57,617 bases of DNA from Mizuhopecten yessoensis. Its lineage: Eukaryota. Both the position numbers and the translations under genes were made by a program. The stretch covers positions 408,699 through 466,315 of the forward strand of contig NW_018404030.1 of NCBI RefSeq assembly GCF_002113885.1. Direction: 5' to 3'. Positions 1-12,100 of this stretch are shown here, one piece after another (position 1 is the first letter of the stretch; every line of letters begins with the position of its first letter). The notes beneath the pieces were generated by a model, which was not told the DNA's origin, ran no database searches, and saw only the letters and a program-made list of their open reading frames with translations.

Positions 1-2779
1 CGATTCAAAAGCTCCCCCGTGGATGAAGACCATCACAGACTTGTTACCCCCGGGACGGGCATCCAGGGGGACAAAAACATTCAAGTAGAGACAATCCTCC
101 GACATCTGTATAGTAAAATGAATATAAAAGACTTATTTTATATGACTAAGCTCCTAATAAATAAATTACATTCAGTGTTTACAGAGAGTTCAGACACTCA
201 AAATTTACTATATTTTTTATAAACTATACTTTTGTTGGCCCGGATGTTAGCGCGCTGCAGGGGGTCTTAATGTGGGAGAAAACCGGGATACCCAGATAAT
301 TCACTCCTTTTCACGTCCGATCCGGAATCGACCCCGGCTGCCTTGGTGAAAGCTTATAGGCAAGTGCGTTATCCACTGCGCCAACAGGCCATCTTTAGTA
401 TCGTTAAAGATTGTTATTTGTTATTTGGTGTTGTTTTGGTTTATGTCAGAGGGTGTGGTATTGGAGGGAATTCTGTTTATCAAATGCAGCACAAAATTAA
501 TTGATATTCTAGTTGTTAATTGCACATCTCGCATATTGATGATTTTAAATAATACATTAACCCGTAACACTGATCACGCGCCGGCTTACCTGTGAAAGGC
601 ACATCCCGGGGGGTGTATCAGCCCCACACTCGGGCTGCATACACATAGGGCGGGGCTGGGTCGCATCCCACACACCGACCCAACGGGGAGGGGGCTGGGA
701 GTGTTCCCATCTATAGAATAAAATATCAAGTTTTATATCAGTAAAATGTAAAAGAATTAAATCAAAATGAACTCAACAAGTAAATGCCGCAAATAAATAT
801 ATATTGCAGTTACCTCCCTTACATAACGCAGCGTTACATAAGAACACGGGTACATTTATTGAAATAACAAAATAAAGTATCACAATATATAAATTTGATT
901 GAACAGAAGTCACAGTCTCGATCCAGTTAATACAGTTCATGTTTATAATAACAATATGTTTTGCTACGACGATCAGATCTGCGGACTGGTATTATCTCCC
1001 GTACTGACTGGTATTATCTCCCGTACGGACTGGTATTATCTCCCATACTGACTAGTATTATCTCCCGTACGGACTGGTATTATCTCCCGTACTGACTGAT
1101 ATTATCTCCCGTACGGACTGGTATTATCTCCCGTTCTGACTGGTATTATCTCCCGTACGGACTGGTACGGACTGGGATTATCTCCCGTACTGACTGGTAT
1201 TATCTCCCGTGCTGACTGGTATTATCTTCCGTACGGACTGGTATTATCTCCCGTACTGACTGGAATTATCTCCCGTACGGACTGGTACGGACTGGGATTA
1301 TCTCCCGTACTGACTGGTATTATCTCCCGTAGTGACTGGTATTATCTCCCGTACGGACTGGTATTATCTACCGTACTGACTGGTATTATCTCCCGTACGG
1401 ACTGGTATTATTTCCCGTACGGACTGGTACGGACTGGTATTATCTCCTGTACTGACTGGTATTATCTCCCGTACGGACTGGTATTATCTCCCGTACATAT
1501 TTACCGTCTGTGCACGTAGTTTGTTTTTTCAAAATGGTTTTCTATCATAATTTTCAAAATACAATTGATTTTGTAGTTTGGCGACTGTACATGTCAGATT
1601 TAATTCATGCGAATGGTGAAAAACTATTGACGTGCAATTTACATATGTAAGAAGTTGTTCATGGTATTATTCGTTTTACTAGAAAATTTCCAAATGAAAA
1701 TCAAACACAGTTGATTGAACCCATGCTACTAACTGATGGATAGCTTTGTTAAATTTCAGACGTGTACATATATGTTTAAGAATAATCAAGGACGTTCCTG
1801 GTATATTTTAGAGTCGGGCGAGCAATGAGCCCTGGGTTACACGTTTTAAACATCACCACATTTAGATCAATTTCAGGTAAGTTTATTCCAAAAGCATCAC
1901 GGCTTATAGGAGTCACATCATGCAAGTGTTAAACATAGTAAATCAATAGTATAACGGAGGCTGAACAATGTGAAACAATTTCGCTCCGTGTCATAAATCG
2001 TGCAATTAATAAATGTATTATACAAGATAACACAATAGTATGACTAGTAGCTGTCACGCCTGGCAGTGGCAATACACAACAAATTACCAAGATTATTAAG
2101 TTGTTTAACGATCCGTATCGACAGGAGTTGACAGAATGGCGACGCCAGAAATATGGCTTAATATATTTTGATCTAATATCTAAAGAAAAATTATAAACTA
2201 GAATATAAAGCTAGAGAATTATCTAGCACTTCTCTTGGTAATAGTAATACATGTATAATTATCCGTTTCATAGAATTCAAACCATGATGGTTTATTGGCA
2301 AATACAGATTTTACTTTCCACTTTTTTTTTTAATTTTCAAAATTTCTTGGGGGAAAAAAAGTAAATTAACATAGAATCCATTTTGTAAATTATGTAACAT
2401 GAAAGACTTCTGACAAGTCCTGATCACCGTACATGTGAAATGAGCGGTGGGCGCAGGGCATAGAGCGGTGGGCGCAGGGCATATAGCGGTGGCCGCAGCA
2501 CCCACGAGATTGGGCCTAAGGAATACCCGGAACAATTTTTTTTTTTCTGTATGTGACACGTTTGAAAATAAAACTAAAATACATATTACCGATATGCAAA
2601 TAAGCCCAATAGAGTTATAGGACCTACCTTTCCGGTGGTGAAGCATAGGGTATTCCGAGGAACACGATAGCTTCCGGTGTGACACGCCCCCGTACCCAGC
2701 CGTACAAAGTCTCGGCGTAGACACACAGACAGACAGGAACACTCCCTAGCAAGACAAGGATCCCTAACGTTGCCGTCAT
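1..2779 (-). CDS. Type-B carboxylesterase/cholinesterase-family gene, 5' part (3 coding exons; continues off the left edge)
   Basis: Exons 2779-2628, 710-590 and 105-<1 have GT-AG boundaries in compatible phases. They translate to [79 protein letters not shown]...[13 protein letters not shown]...[12 protein letters not shown]. This gives a signal peptide plus the [16 protein letters not shown] and HGG motifs. An alternative in-frame ATG lies at 2794. Confidence 0.95.
232..392 (-). mobile_element. tRNA-derived SINE with V-domain-like core (degenerate copy)
   Basis: Similar to the copies at 9860-10092 and 15458-15685. The tRNA-like head lies on the minus strand and is followed by GGTTTTCTCCCACATTAAGACC. 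Confidence 0.75.
983..1496. repeat. 22-bp minisatellite (GACTGGTATTATCTCCCGTAC[T/G]), about 23 units
   Basis: Directly visible tandem array in carboxylesterase intron 1, with occasional 10-bp truncated units. Confidence 0.97.
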
Positions 2780-4064
2780 TTGACTCCTACACATGGTTGT
2801 TTCGTAAACGATGGCGCCAGGCAAATAGCAAAAAAGTATCCAAGAATGATATCAAGATATGTGAAATAAGCCGACTGCAAAAGTATTTACACTAAAAAAA
2901 AAAAAAGTCAACAAGATGAATTCAGTTTTCCAAAATGTTTACATATTTGTCACTTCATTTAATAAAAGTGAACTGTAGAGAATTTGTATTAAGTGATACA
3001 TCCACAGTTACAAATATTCCGAAGTATATCACAGTTTCCGATGAAAGTGTTCTTATAACAAAAAAAGTAGTTGACGCCACAAATTGTAATTTAGATCCAA
3101 GTTTAAAAGAAATCACAGTCCGTTTTTCCGACGAGATCAATTCGATGTCGCAAAAACAATCCTGGTTGCTACCCAAACTTTATAATACTAATCTCCCAAT
3201 AAAATCAGCCAGTCTGCGATTACAATTTTTGTCCGAGTGATCAAAAAGACTCCGGCAGGACTTATTCGACCTCTTTGAGAACGTGGGATTGTGTAGGTAC
3301 AAACATACCAGGTATATTTACGAGATACGTAGTCATCAATCAGACTATAGCATAATGACTTCAGCCAAAATACACGGCAAGTTACTCTGGGACTTATACC
3401 TTACTGGACAGTGGTCATTAGGGCCATGGGCAGGTATATTACTGGACAGAGCGTCCTTCCCAATACACGTGTTTATAATAAGGTTTGTATATATATATGT
3501 GTGTGAGCAGTTATTTCCGGGATAGACCTACGTCATCAATAACAGGAAGTTGTTTATCAAGACATATTTCCCACTATGAATCAAGCGAAATACTTGTGAT
3601 TTTGTGGTCAAATATCGCTATTCGTCATATTCTGGAGCGGTAATTGGCCATGCCGGTCGGTATATCCGTCGAATACGGTGGTTTATATGTGGCCATTTCA
3701 AATTGTATCGTTGTTTCGTCATTTCGTTTTGAAAAGACGATGTTTGGAGGGGCAAAAGACGATACTTATCGTTATTTTGCTGCAAAATAACGAAATGACA
3801 CTTATCAGTATAATTGACCCACATATTACATGTACGACATTACATGCATTATAAACGACATCTCTACAGTCCAATTAAAAATAGGTATTCTGAAGATAAT
3901 AAATGGTTTAATGATTTAAATTGATGAATTTCAGAATTTAAAAATAAAAAATTACAAATAGTAAGGGATAATTGATTGGAATTATTTTCAGGGTACGTTT
4001 TTAATAAAACAAGCCACAACGCACGATAAACCTCGCATTCCATAATTGTTATTGATAAAAATAA

Positions 4065-4452
4065 TAATATACAACATTTGATATAGCGCCCTATCTAGCT
4101 AGCATAAGCCACTCTAAAGCGATTTACAGTACATATATGTACAATTAGCATATACATTAATCAATATAATTTAAAGGAATTCGCAGGAGCTGCCTTATCA
4201 GGCGCTAACTACTAGTCCTATGTCACCTGGCTAAAATCTCCCTATGTGTGTATGCCTGCGTGATGTATTCTGTTCTGTTTGTAGTGGGACCATGCTTCCA
4301 ACGGTATCATTCGTAGTGCCACCTCACTTGAATGCTACAGCACAGATACCGCATCATTCACCACAGACCATTTTATACTCCACCTCGACCGAAGCCCGGC
4401 CTCCTGCGTTAACGTTGAAGGCCGGAGTGTTAGCCACTCGACCAATCCGCCC
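4065..4452 (-). mobile_element. SINE-like interspersed repeat (tRNA-like head on minus strand)
   Basis: A close reverse-complement copy lies at 26740-27085. The head GGCGGATTGGTCGAGTGGCTAACACTCCGGCC resembles a Pol III A box, and the 3' tail is AT-rich. Confidence 0.75.
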
Positions 4453-5953
4453 TGATTTGTGTAATTACATAATGTAATAGAGGGATGATCAGGAGATATC
4501 CACGTGTATGCTAAATTTTAGTTAGCTTTGTAATAACACGTGTGACAGGCTTCCATGACGTACATGTATAGACTGAATTGTCGATTTCAAGATTATGTTT
4601 ATGGGTATCAATAACTGATACAATGAATGACATTTTGCAATAAGTTTATAAGTACTATAAAGATATGAGGTTCGATGTTCATTTTTTGTACATTGTGTTT
4701 TAAACAGAATTACAGCATTTCATATTTCTCTGGTTAGCGGTAGCACACCTCAGCCAGCAGTTTTACGTTTAGGTAACATTGATTGTGGACATGCCTTATA
4801 TATGTAAGAACACATCGTCAGAACAATCTTTATGTAATTCCAGAAGATCAGTGTGTTCTTGTGTCACAAAAGTATACGTATTATTGAAAATAAGCCATAA
4901 AATGTGATGCCCGGGGGTGTAGCGGATATAGACTGTGTCATCACACGGGAAACACCGTCATCCATCATTACCGTTCCGATATCCTAGACATCTGGGAACT
5001 CCTCACAGCGCATGTATCGAGATAGAAACATATGTCTACCTCCCAATTAGTACTTCTAATTACATAAACAGCTAATCGTATATGATACGATATCTAATTT
5101 CTTTGTGGTCGGGCTTTCACGAAATTCCATAAAAAGATTACGAACCAAATTAGTTTGAACGAGTGAAACTCCGTGGTGATCCATCCACGACACTCCCGGT
5201 GTCACACCCAGTTGAGTTCTCTGCGCCCATGGAATGTGTTAATTTTGAGGATAGAGTTGTACTTTTGCTATCAGGCATGCCCACATGTTTACTGCTGTCA
5301 AGATTAACTGATGATATTTTGTACCTTTTAAAAGGCAACAATAACCAATATTTTCAACTTGAGAATGTTTTGAGTCAAACTGGTACTGTGTTTATTGAGT
5401 TTTTTCATGCATATCCTTCAAAGTATTTAAGTTTCAAAGATATTTTCATGAATTTCTTGATCCAAATGGGATACACAAAATTTCGGAATTTATTAAATGT
5501 TAAACTATAATAGAAATATACTTGAAGATATCAATAAAATAATTAAATAAATGAATAAATCTCATGCAATTACAATGTACGTTTGAGTATTGGCATTTTT
5601 TCGTAACAAATAACAACAGAAAGATGTGCGATTGGTTCTTTTTAAATGGCATAACACAAATTAGCTAAATTAGATGTCTTGGGCACAAGACGATTAAGGG
5701 GCTTTTGAGACAAGGTGAGCTGCTATTCTGGAAACTGTTAACAAGGACGGAGGAAGGGCATCGGCGTACGATTCATACATTTGACAAAGTACACAGATAA
5801 GACTCTTACAATATAACATGAAATTTTGTGACTTTTTAATTACTTAATGAACAAGAAATATATCAAAATACTGCATGTGCTATATTCTTTATATAGAATA
5901 CAAACGTCCAATAGATACAGACAATGAAACAAATTTGACACTTGGAGTTAGGC

Positions 5954-6205
5954 CATCCTCGCTACTCCGGGGGTAACGCTCACTAACGATCTCTGTACCC
6001 CTGGAATATGTCGTGGCGAAAATAAAGGCTCAGCGTGCATCACCTTGTGAATGAGACAGGAGGACTAGTTTGATGCTTTGATGAACATCACAAGAATCTC
6101 GCAGCCGCGTAACGGTATAATAGACTGGTTTGAAGTCGGTTGTCACTCCAATGTAATCTTCAAAGGACAGGTATCTGCCTGCTAACTCATGGGATATCGA
6201 GGATG
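5954..6205. mobile_element. MITE, CATCCTCG...CGAGGATG family (internally deleted copy)
   Basis: Inverted termini; the internal sequence is shared with copies at 6790, 7655 and 22643. Confidence 0.8.
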
Positions 6206-6244
6206 GAGTTGGTTAGGTTTCTGATCACAAAGAATGGCTAGACA

Positions 6245-6272
6245 CACAGGGGCATGGATCCATGCTCCTGTG
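6245..6272. mobile_element. 28-bp foldback element with 8-bp TSD (GCTAGACA)
   Basis: CACAGGGGCATGGATCCATGCTCCTGTG is a palindrome with one mismatch. It is flanked by GCTAGACA at 6237-6244 and 6273-6280, and has the same terminus as 10488-11790. Confidence 0.85.
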
Positions 6273-6789
6273 GCTAGACAGGTAAATATTGTGTTTGTTA
6301 GCCACGCGGACAGCGAAGGGGACATGACATCAGCTAGCAGTCCTTTTTTCTCAGATACTATAATGTGTCGTGAAGCACATGAAGTATTGTTTTCGTTTTA
6401 TTTTTATTTGTGAGTTCACGAATTCAACACAACAACTTCTACCTCTGCAATACATTTACTTTATTGCTTAATTCACTACATACACGTGTAGCGTACAGAT
6501 TATCCAAATAAGTAGTGACGTCCACTCCTTCCATAGTTAACTCATTCAACCCCGAAGACACATTTGAACTCTTCCAAATCAAAGGTTGCAATAGTTCATT
6601 ATGAAATTTCAGGGGTGAATTAAGGAGTTACAAGTAAAGGGACATCACGTAAAAGCCATATTTTCTAATTAATGTATGTGTAGTATGCACTTCCACTTAT
6701 GTTACCTTGCTATCCCTATATTCATAGTCCAAAATGTTTAGGACTGATATTATCTTTTTGCTTGGCTTTCTGAATGGCATCCCTATTTT

Positions 6790-7132
6790 CATCCTCGACA
6801 CTCAATGGGTGCTCTCTGCACCCCTGGAATATGTCATAGCAAAATTGAAGGCTCGGTGTGCGCCACCTTGTTGATGAGACAAGAAGACTAGTTCGATCCT
6901 TTGATGTACATCAAAAAAATATCAAGGTCGCGCAACGGTAAAAATTGAAAGGCTTTGAAGTCGGGCGTCTCTCCTTTGTAATCTTCAAAGGACAGTATCA
7001 GCCTAGCGATTGGTCATTTTATTTTTTATCTGAGACCAATCAAACAGCTTTTTTCGTGCCTTCAATTTTGCTATGACATATTCCAGGGGTGTAGAGAGCG
7101 AAAGTGAGCGTAACCCCTGGATATCGAGGATG
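6790..7132. mobile_element. MITE with long TIRs and ~9-bp TSD
   Basis: Termini CATCCTCGA...TCGAGGATG with inverted arms CCCCTGGAATATGTCATAGCAAAATTGAAGGC. Flanks are CCCTATTTT and CCCTGTTTT; an empty paralogous site lies at ~7474. Confidence 0.88.
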
Positions 7133-7654
7133 CCCTGTTTTCTATTACAGATAGATTTATTCATGACTTTGGAGTTATTTGATTTCTGTGATATTTGATA
7201 CATGATAATTTTCTATCATATTGCAATATTACACTCATACATTTACCCGAAGTTATACATTTTCATTTATATCTATAAAGTCGACATCACATCCGCGCTA
7301 TCGCAAGGAGGCAATGTTAACCAACATACCCTGTCTCCAGCACACATACACACGCACGCATACATTACACACGTGGAGACACGTCCTTCAGTACGTTCAC
7401 CCATTCCTTGGTTAACCAACTACAAAATCTTTACGACTGATATCATCTTTTTGCTGGACATTCTGAATGACATCCCTGTTTTCTACTCCAGACAAAACTG
7501 TTCTTGGCCATGGTGTTATTTGATTTTACTGATATTCTATTAATATACATGATATTTTTCTATCATTTTGCAATATCACAAACTTAAAATTTTTTACCAT
7601 TCAAAGTTCCACATGTTCTGCGCTATTGTAATGAGGCAAATACACCAACATGCT

Positions 7655-7966
7655 CATCCTCGATACTTGTGGGATTAAGCTCACTTTCACTCTCTGCACC
7701 CCTGGGATATGTCATAGAAAAATTGAAGGCTCAGTGTGTACAGTCTTGTGTTTGAATCTCGCGGTCGCGTAACGGTAAAACTTATTGGCTTTGAAGTCGG
7801 GCGTCGCTCCTCTGTTATCTTTAGAGGACAAGTATCAGCCTAGTGATTGGTCAGGTATTTTTTGACCCGACACCAATCAAATAGCTAGCCAGTGCCTTCA
7901 ATTTTACTATGTCATTCCAGGGGTGCAGAGAGGGAAAGTGAGCGTAACCCCTGGATATCTAGGATG
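7655..7966. mobile_element. MITE, same family
   Basis: Same TIRs. Flanks are CAACATGCT and CAACATACC; an empty paralogous site lies at ~7322. Confidence 0.85.
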
Positions 7967-9129
7967 CAACATACCCTGCTTCCAGCACACATACACACAT
8001 GCACACATACATTACACACGTCGAGGTACGTCCTTAAATTACCAAAGCTGTTAATAGGACGTTAAACCTAATAATAAAACCAGTTTACACAAACCTGTGT
8101 CTGTTGAACTAATTATGTAACAACGTGTAATGGAAATTTTTAATAATGTATAACATTTCATTTGGTCCATATTTACTATTAGCTATGTAAACAAAATGAA
8201 TAAATAAATATTATTATCATTCTTTACTGATTTCAACAACACTGTAAGAATTTTTACCAAAAATAGGTTTGATTTCTAAATTCATGAAAAACAAAAGTTT
8301 TATAAAAAAGAAAAAAGAAATGTCAAAAAGACCCATTGAATCATAAAAATAATCAATAAAATCACCAAAGACATCAAATATTTTCTTGTTATGCATTTCA
8401 ATCTGTAATTGTGATCTATTGAAATACCAGTACATGCCTCAAATTCATTACAGATCTATAGACTCATACAACTGTGAACTAAATATTTACATGTAGTATA
8501 TATACACACGTACAAAAAGGTAACACTGCACTGAATATAACTGTGGAGAAGAGTTCCGCTTCTCAGCTGGGATTTTCATGGTTTTTTTTTTCATTTTGGA
8601 ATATTTACCCGTGTACATGAATATAAAGATGAAAAATCAAAAATGCCTCTGTATTTTGTTAAAGTTATTTCCCTTAGAAAGGTATCCATCGTTCATTTTT
8701 ATGTTTGCAGGGAATTACTTTTACTGGATATCATTAATGAAGATAAGGATTTGCAGAGTTCAACCGAAAGACTTTCTGGGGTGGTTTTTTTCTGCTTATT
8801 TTATCTTTTCAAATTTCAAACAAATTTCATTGTGAAAAATGTATCACAAAACATATTTTATATTTAATACTTCTATTAATATATTTCAACAGAAATTTCA
8901 TAATAGTGATAATGACAATTTAATCTTGATGGTATTTTTTTCCTAATATAATAAAAAAACATGTATACAACTTTATATAATGTGTCAAATGTATCGTGAG
9001 GTAGACAGAAGTGTGACGAAAAAGTAATCAAATATCACATTTATCCGGTAATAAGCTAAGCCCACTTGGTTGGTACTTGTGCGGCGAAATTCCTGAGATT
9101 TGACGTTTCACAATTAATTTATGTCAGTC

Positions 9130-12100
9130 TCACATTTTTTCATACGTTGAAACGTGACCACATGTTGTACACGCCTTACTGTACTCATCCTCAGCCTCGT
9201 CGTAAACCTCCTCACCGAACTCATGAACGTGTGGTCCCCGGTCCTTCTTCACGAGGCTACTCCGAACGGCGTGTCGTAATTCTGTAAGGTAATTACAATA
9301 TATTAACCAATTCACACCTGAAACTTCAGAACGAAGAAATACTAAATGCTATTATTGTCTCCTGTTGTTTACGAGTATTTGTTTTATGTCATAATTCACA
9401 CACAACAATAAGAAAAATTAACGATCCTTTCTATAAATTGTAAAAGTTTTATTTATCTTGTAATTACAGAGAGTACATTTAAGTTTCACTGGAAATAAAA
9501 AAAATGTAAATAAAGCAATCAATATTGCGTTATGATACATATGAGTTAAATTTTAAGGACATTTTATTTGATCTTCAACACATTTAAAGGGTATCTTTTG
9601 TTTCTTTTGGAAGATATTTTTATTGAAATTTCACTGACCTTTAACTTTCTTATCAAATTTTTTCTGTTTCGTTTTTTCCCTGTTTTCAGCTCGTTTTTCG
9701 TGAGCTTCTTCAATACTTTCCTCACTGCCCCAGACTTCAATAGCTCGCTCATACACCTGTGACAAACAATAGAGACTTTCAATTATGACACTTATAGCTC
9801 GCTGATACGCCTGTGACAACAGATCCATGGCAGTATCGTGGTAAAATATAAATACAAACTTTATTTATTTTACAACAATAATGAAACAAGTAATTTCAAC
9901 TTATTTTAATCACTCTTGTTGGCCTGGATGTAAGCATACATAAGGTCTTAATGTGGGAGGAAACTGGAATACCCTGAGAAAACCCACGTGGTCAGACAGG
10001 TAACCCCATACCTTTTCACGTCCGCTCGGGGAATTAAACCCCGGCCGCATTGGTGAAATGCAAGTGCGCTATCCACTGCACCACCCGACCACCTATTCTA
10101 GAGGTAGGACGCCGGAAATGTGACCGAAAGGTTGCGGGTTTGAGTCAAGGCACGGCTTTGTGTTGTATTTTTGAGCAAGATACTTTACTCCGCTTGTTCC
10201 AGTCTATTCGGCTGTAAATGACAAAGTGGTTGGGCAATGCTAGAATTGTAGAATGCTAGCTGTTAGTGCCGAAAGGGTAGCACCAGCTGTATGCTCCCCA
10301 GGGAGTTGAGAACGATATTGGCTGGTTGCAAAGGCACAATAACCAACGATAATAATTTTTGAACAGCTTTAAGATAACCTACAAACTAGGTTGTGATAAA
10401 GCGGTATATAAGAACCTCTTATTATTATTATCATTATTATTAAGTGTGAAAGATAGGGACTTAAATATCAAATACACCCCATTAAATCACAGGGGCATGG
10501 ATTGCTTTACTTGTAATATTAAAAAATAGGGGTCTCCTATACTAATAAATACATATTAGTATAGGCGACCCCTATTTTTAGCTCACCTGGCCCGAAGGGC
10601 CAAGTGAGCTTATCCCATGGTGCAGCGTCCGTCGTCCGGCGTCCGTCAACTTTTTCCTTTAAAATGCTACTTGTCCTGAATGGCTCAGAGGATTTTGACC
10701 AAATTTGGTCAGGAGCATCATTGGCCAAAGGGTTCTCAGTTTTGTATAAACGGAGGGTATAACCCCCCTGGGGGCAGAGGGGCGGGGCCAAATAGGGGGA
10801 AAATAGGTAAATCTTTAAAAATCTTCTTCTTCTCAACCAATAGAAGGATTTTGACCAAATTTGTCCTAGAGCATCTTTGGACAAAGGAGACTCAAGTTTG
10901 TATAAACGGAGGGTGGAAATAGAGGAATTTTTTTCTCCTGCTATACAAGTGAAGGGACTTTAACCAAATGCAGTCTGAAGCATGATTAGGGACAAAAGAA
11001 TCAATTTTGTATAAACTGAGGTGTGTGGGCCTCCTTCTAAGGGCAGATGGGTGGGGCCCATTAGGGGAAATAGAGGAAAACATCAAATATCCTTCTCCTT
11101 TTGTACCGATGAAGGGATTTTGACCAAATTTGGTCTGGAGCATCATTGGCCAAAGGGTTCTCAGTTTTGTATGAACGGAGGGTATGGTCCCCCTGGGGGC
11201 AGAGGGACGGGGCCAAATAGGGGAAAATAGGTAAATCTTTAAAAATCTTCTCCTCAACCAATTGAAGGATTTTGACCAAATTTGTCCTAGAGCATCTTTG
11301 GACAAAGGAGACTCAAGTTTGTATAAACGGAGGGTGTGGGCCTTCTGGCGGCATAGGAGCGGGGCCCAATAGGGGAAATAGAGGATTTTTTTTCTCCTAC
11401 TATACAAGTGAAGGGATTTAAACCAAATGCAGTCTGAAGCATGCTTAGGGAGAAAAGAATCAATTTTGTTTAAACTGAGGTGTGTGGATTCCCCTTCTTT
11501 GGGGCAGATTAGTGGGGCCCATTAGGGGAAATAGAGGAAAACATTAAAGATCCTTCTCCTTCTGTACCGTTGAAGGGATTTTAACCTAACCAAACTTGTT
11601 TTAGAGAATCTTTGGGCAAAGGGAATTGAATATTTATAAATGGAAGATGCAACTTTGTTACTTGTACTCCTTTGATAAACCTGAATGGTACTCAGCAGGT
11701 TTTAAATTGAAAAATAAAATACCAGGTGAGCTATTAAGGCCCCTGGGCCTCTTGTTTAATATTACAAGTAAAGCGATCCATGCCCCTGTGCATTAAATAG
11801 AGAATAATACATGCATTTTCTTCGGCCCTAATGGGCTGATATTGCAGTCTTTGGTTGATACTGGATGTGATATGGAAAAAAGGCATGTTTTATTCTGTTT
11901 ATTACATACTTATTAATAAAAGCTACTTTCTTATGATCTATTTTTCTTTTGAAATATTGAAAAACCAAAATTTGTCAAAAGGGGTGTGATACGGTTTTGC
12001 GGGCTGATACAGGTTTTGGGGTGTGATACGGCGGGGGCTGATACGGCTTTTGGGGTGTGATACAGCGAAGGCTGATATGGGTAAGGGCAATTGTGTCGTA

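Noticed and set aside
983-1496. CRISPR-like appearance of the regular arrays (also 46940-47345 and 48818-50370)
   Set aside because: The units are contiguous with no unique spacers, there are no cas genes, and the context is eukaryotic.
5150-5510. ORFs on both strands; possible orphan terminal exon on the minus strand
   Set aside because: No recognisable motif, a weak acceptor and no partner exons found.
10537-11407. Overlapping ORFs of 69-171 aa
   Set aside because: They arise from Helentron internal tandem repeats and contain no recognisable domain.
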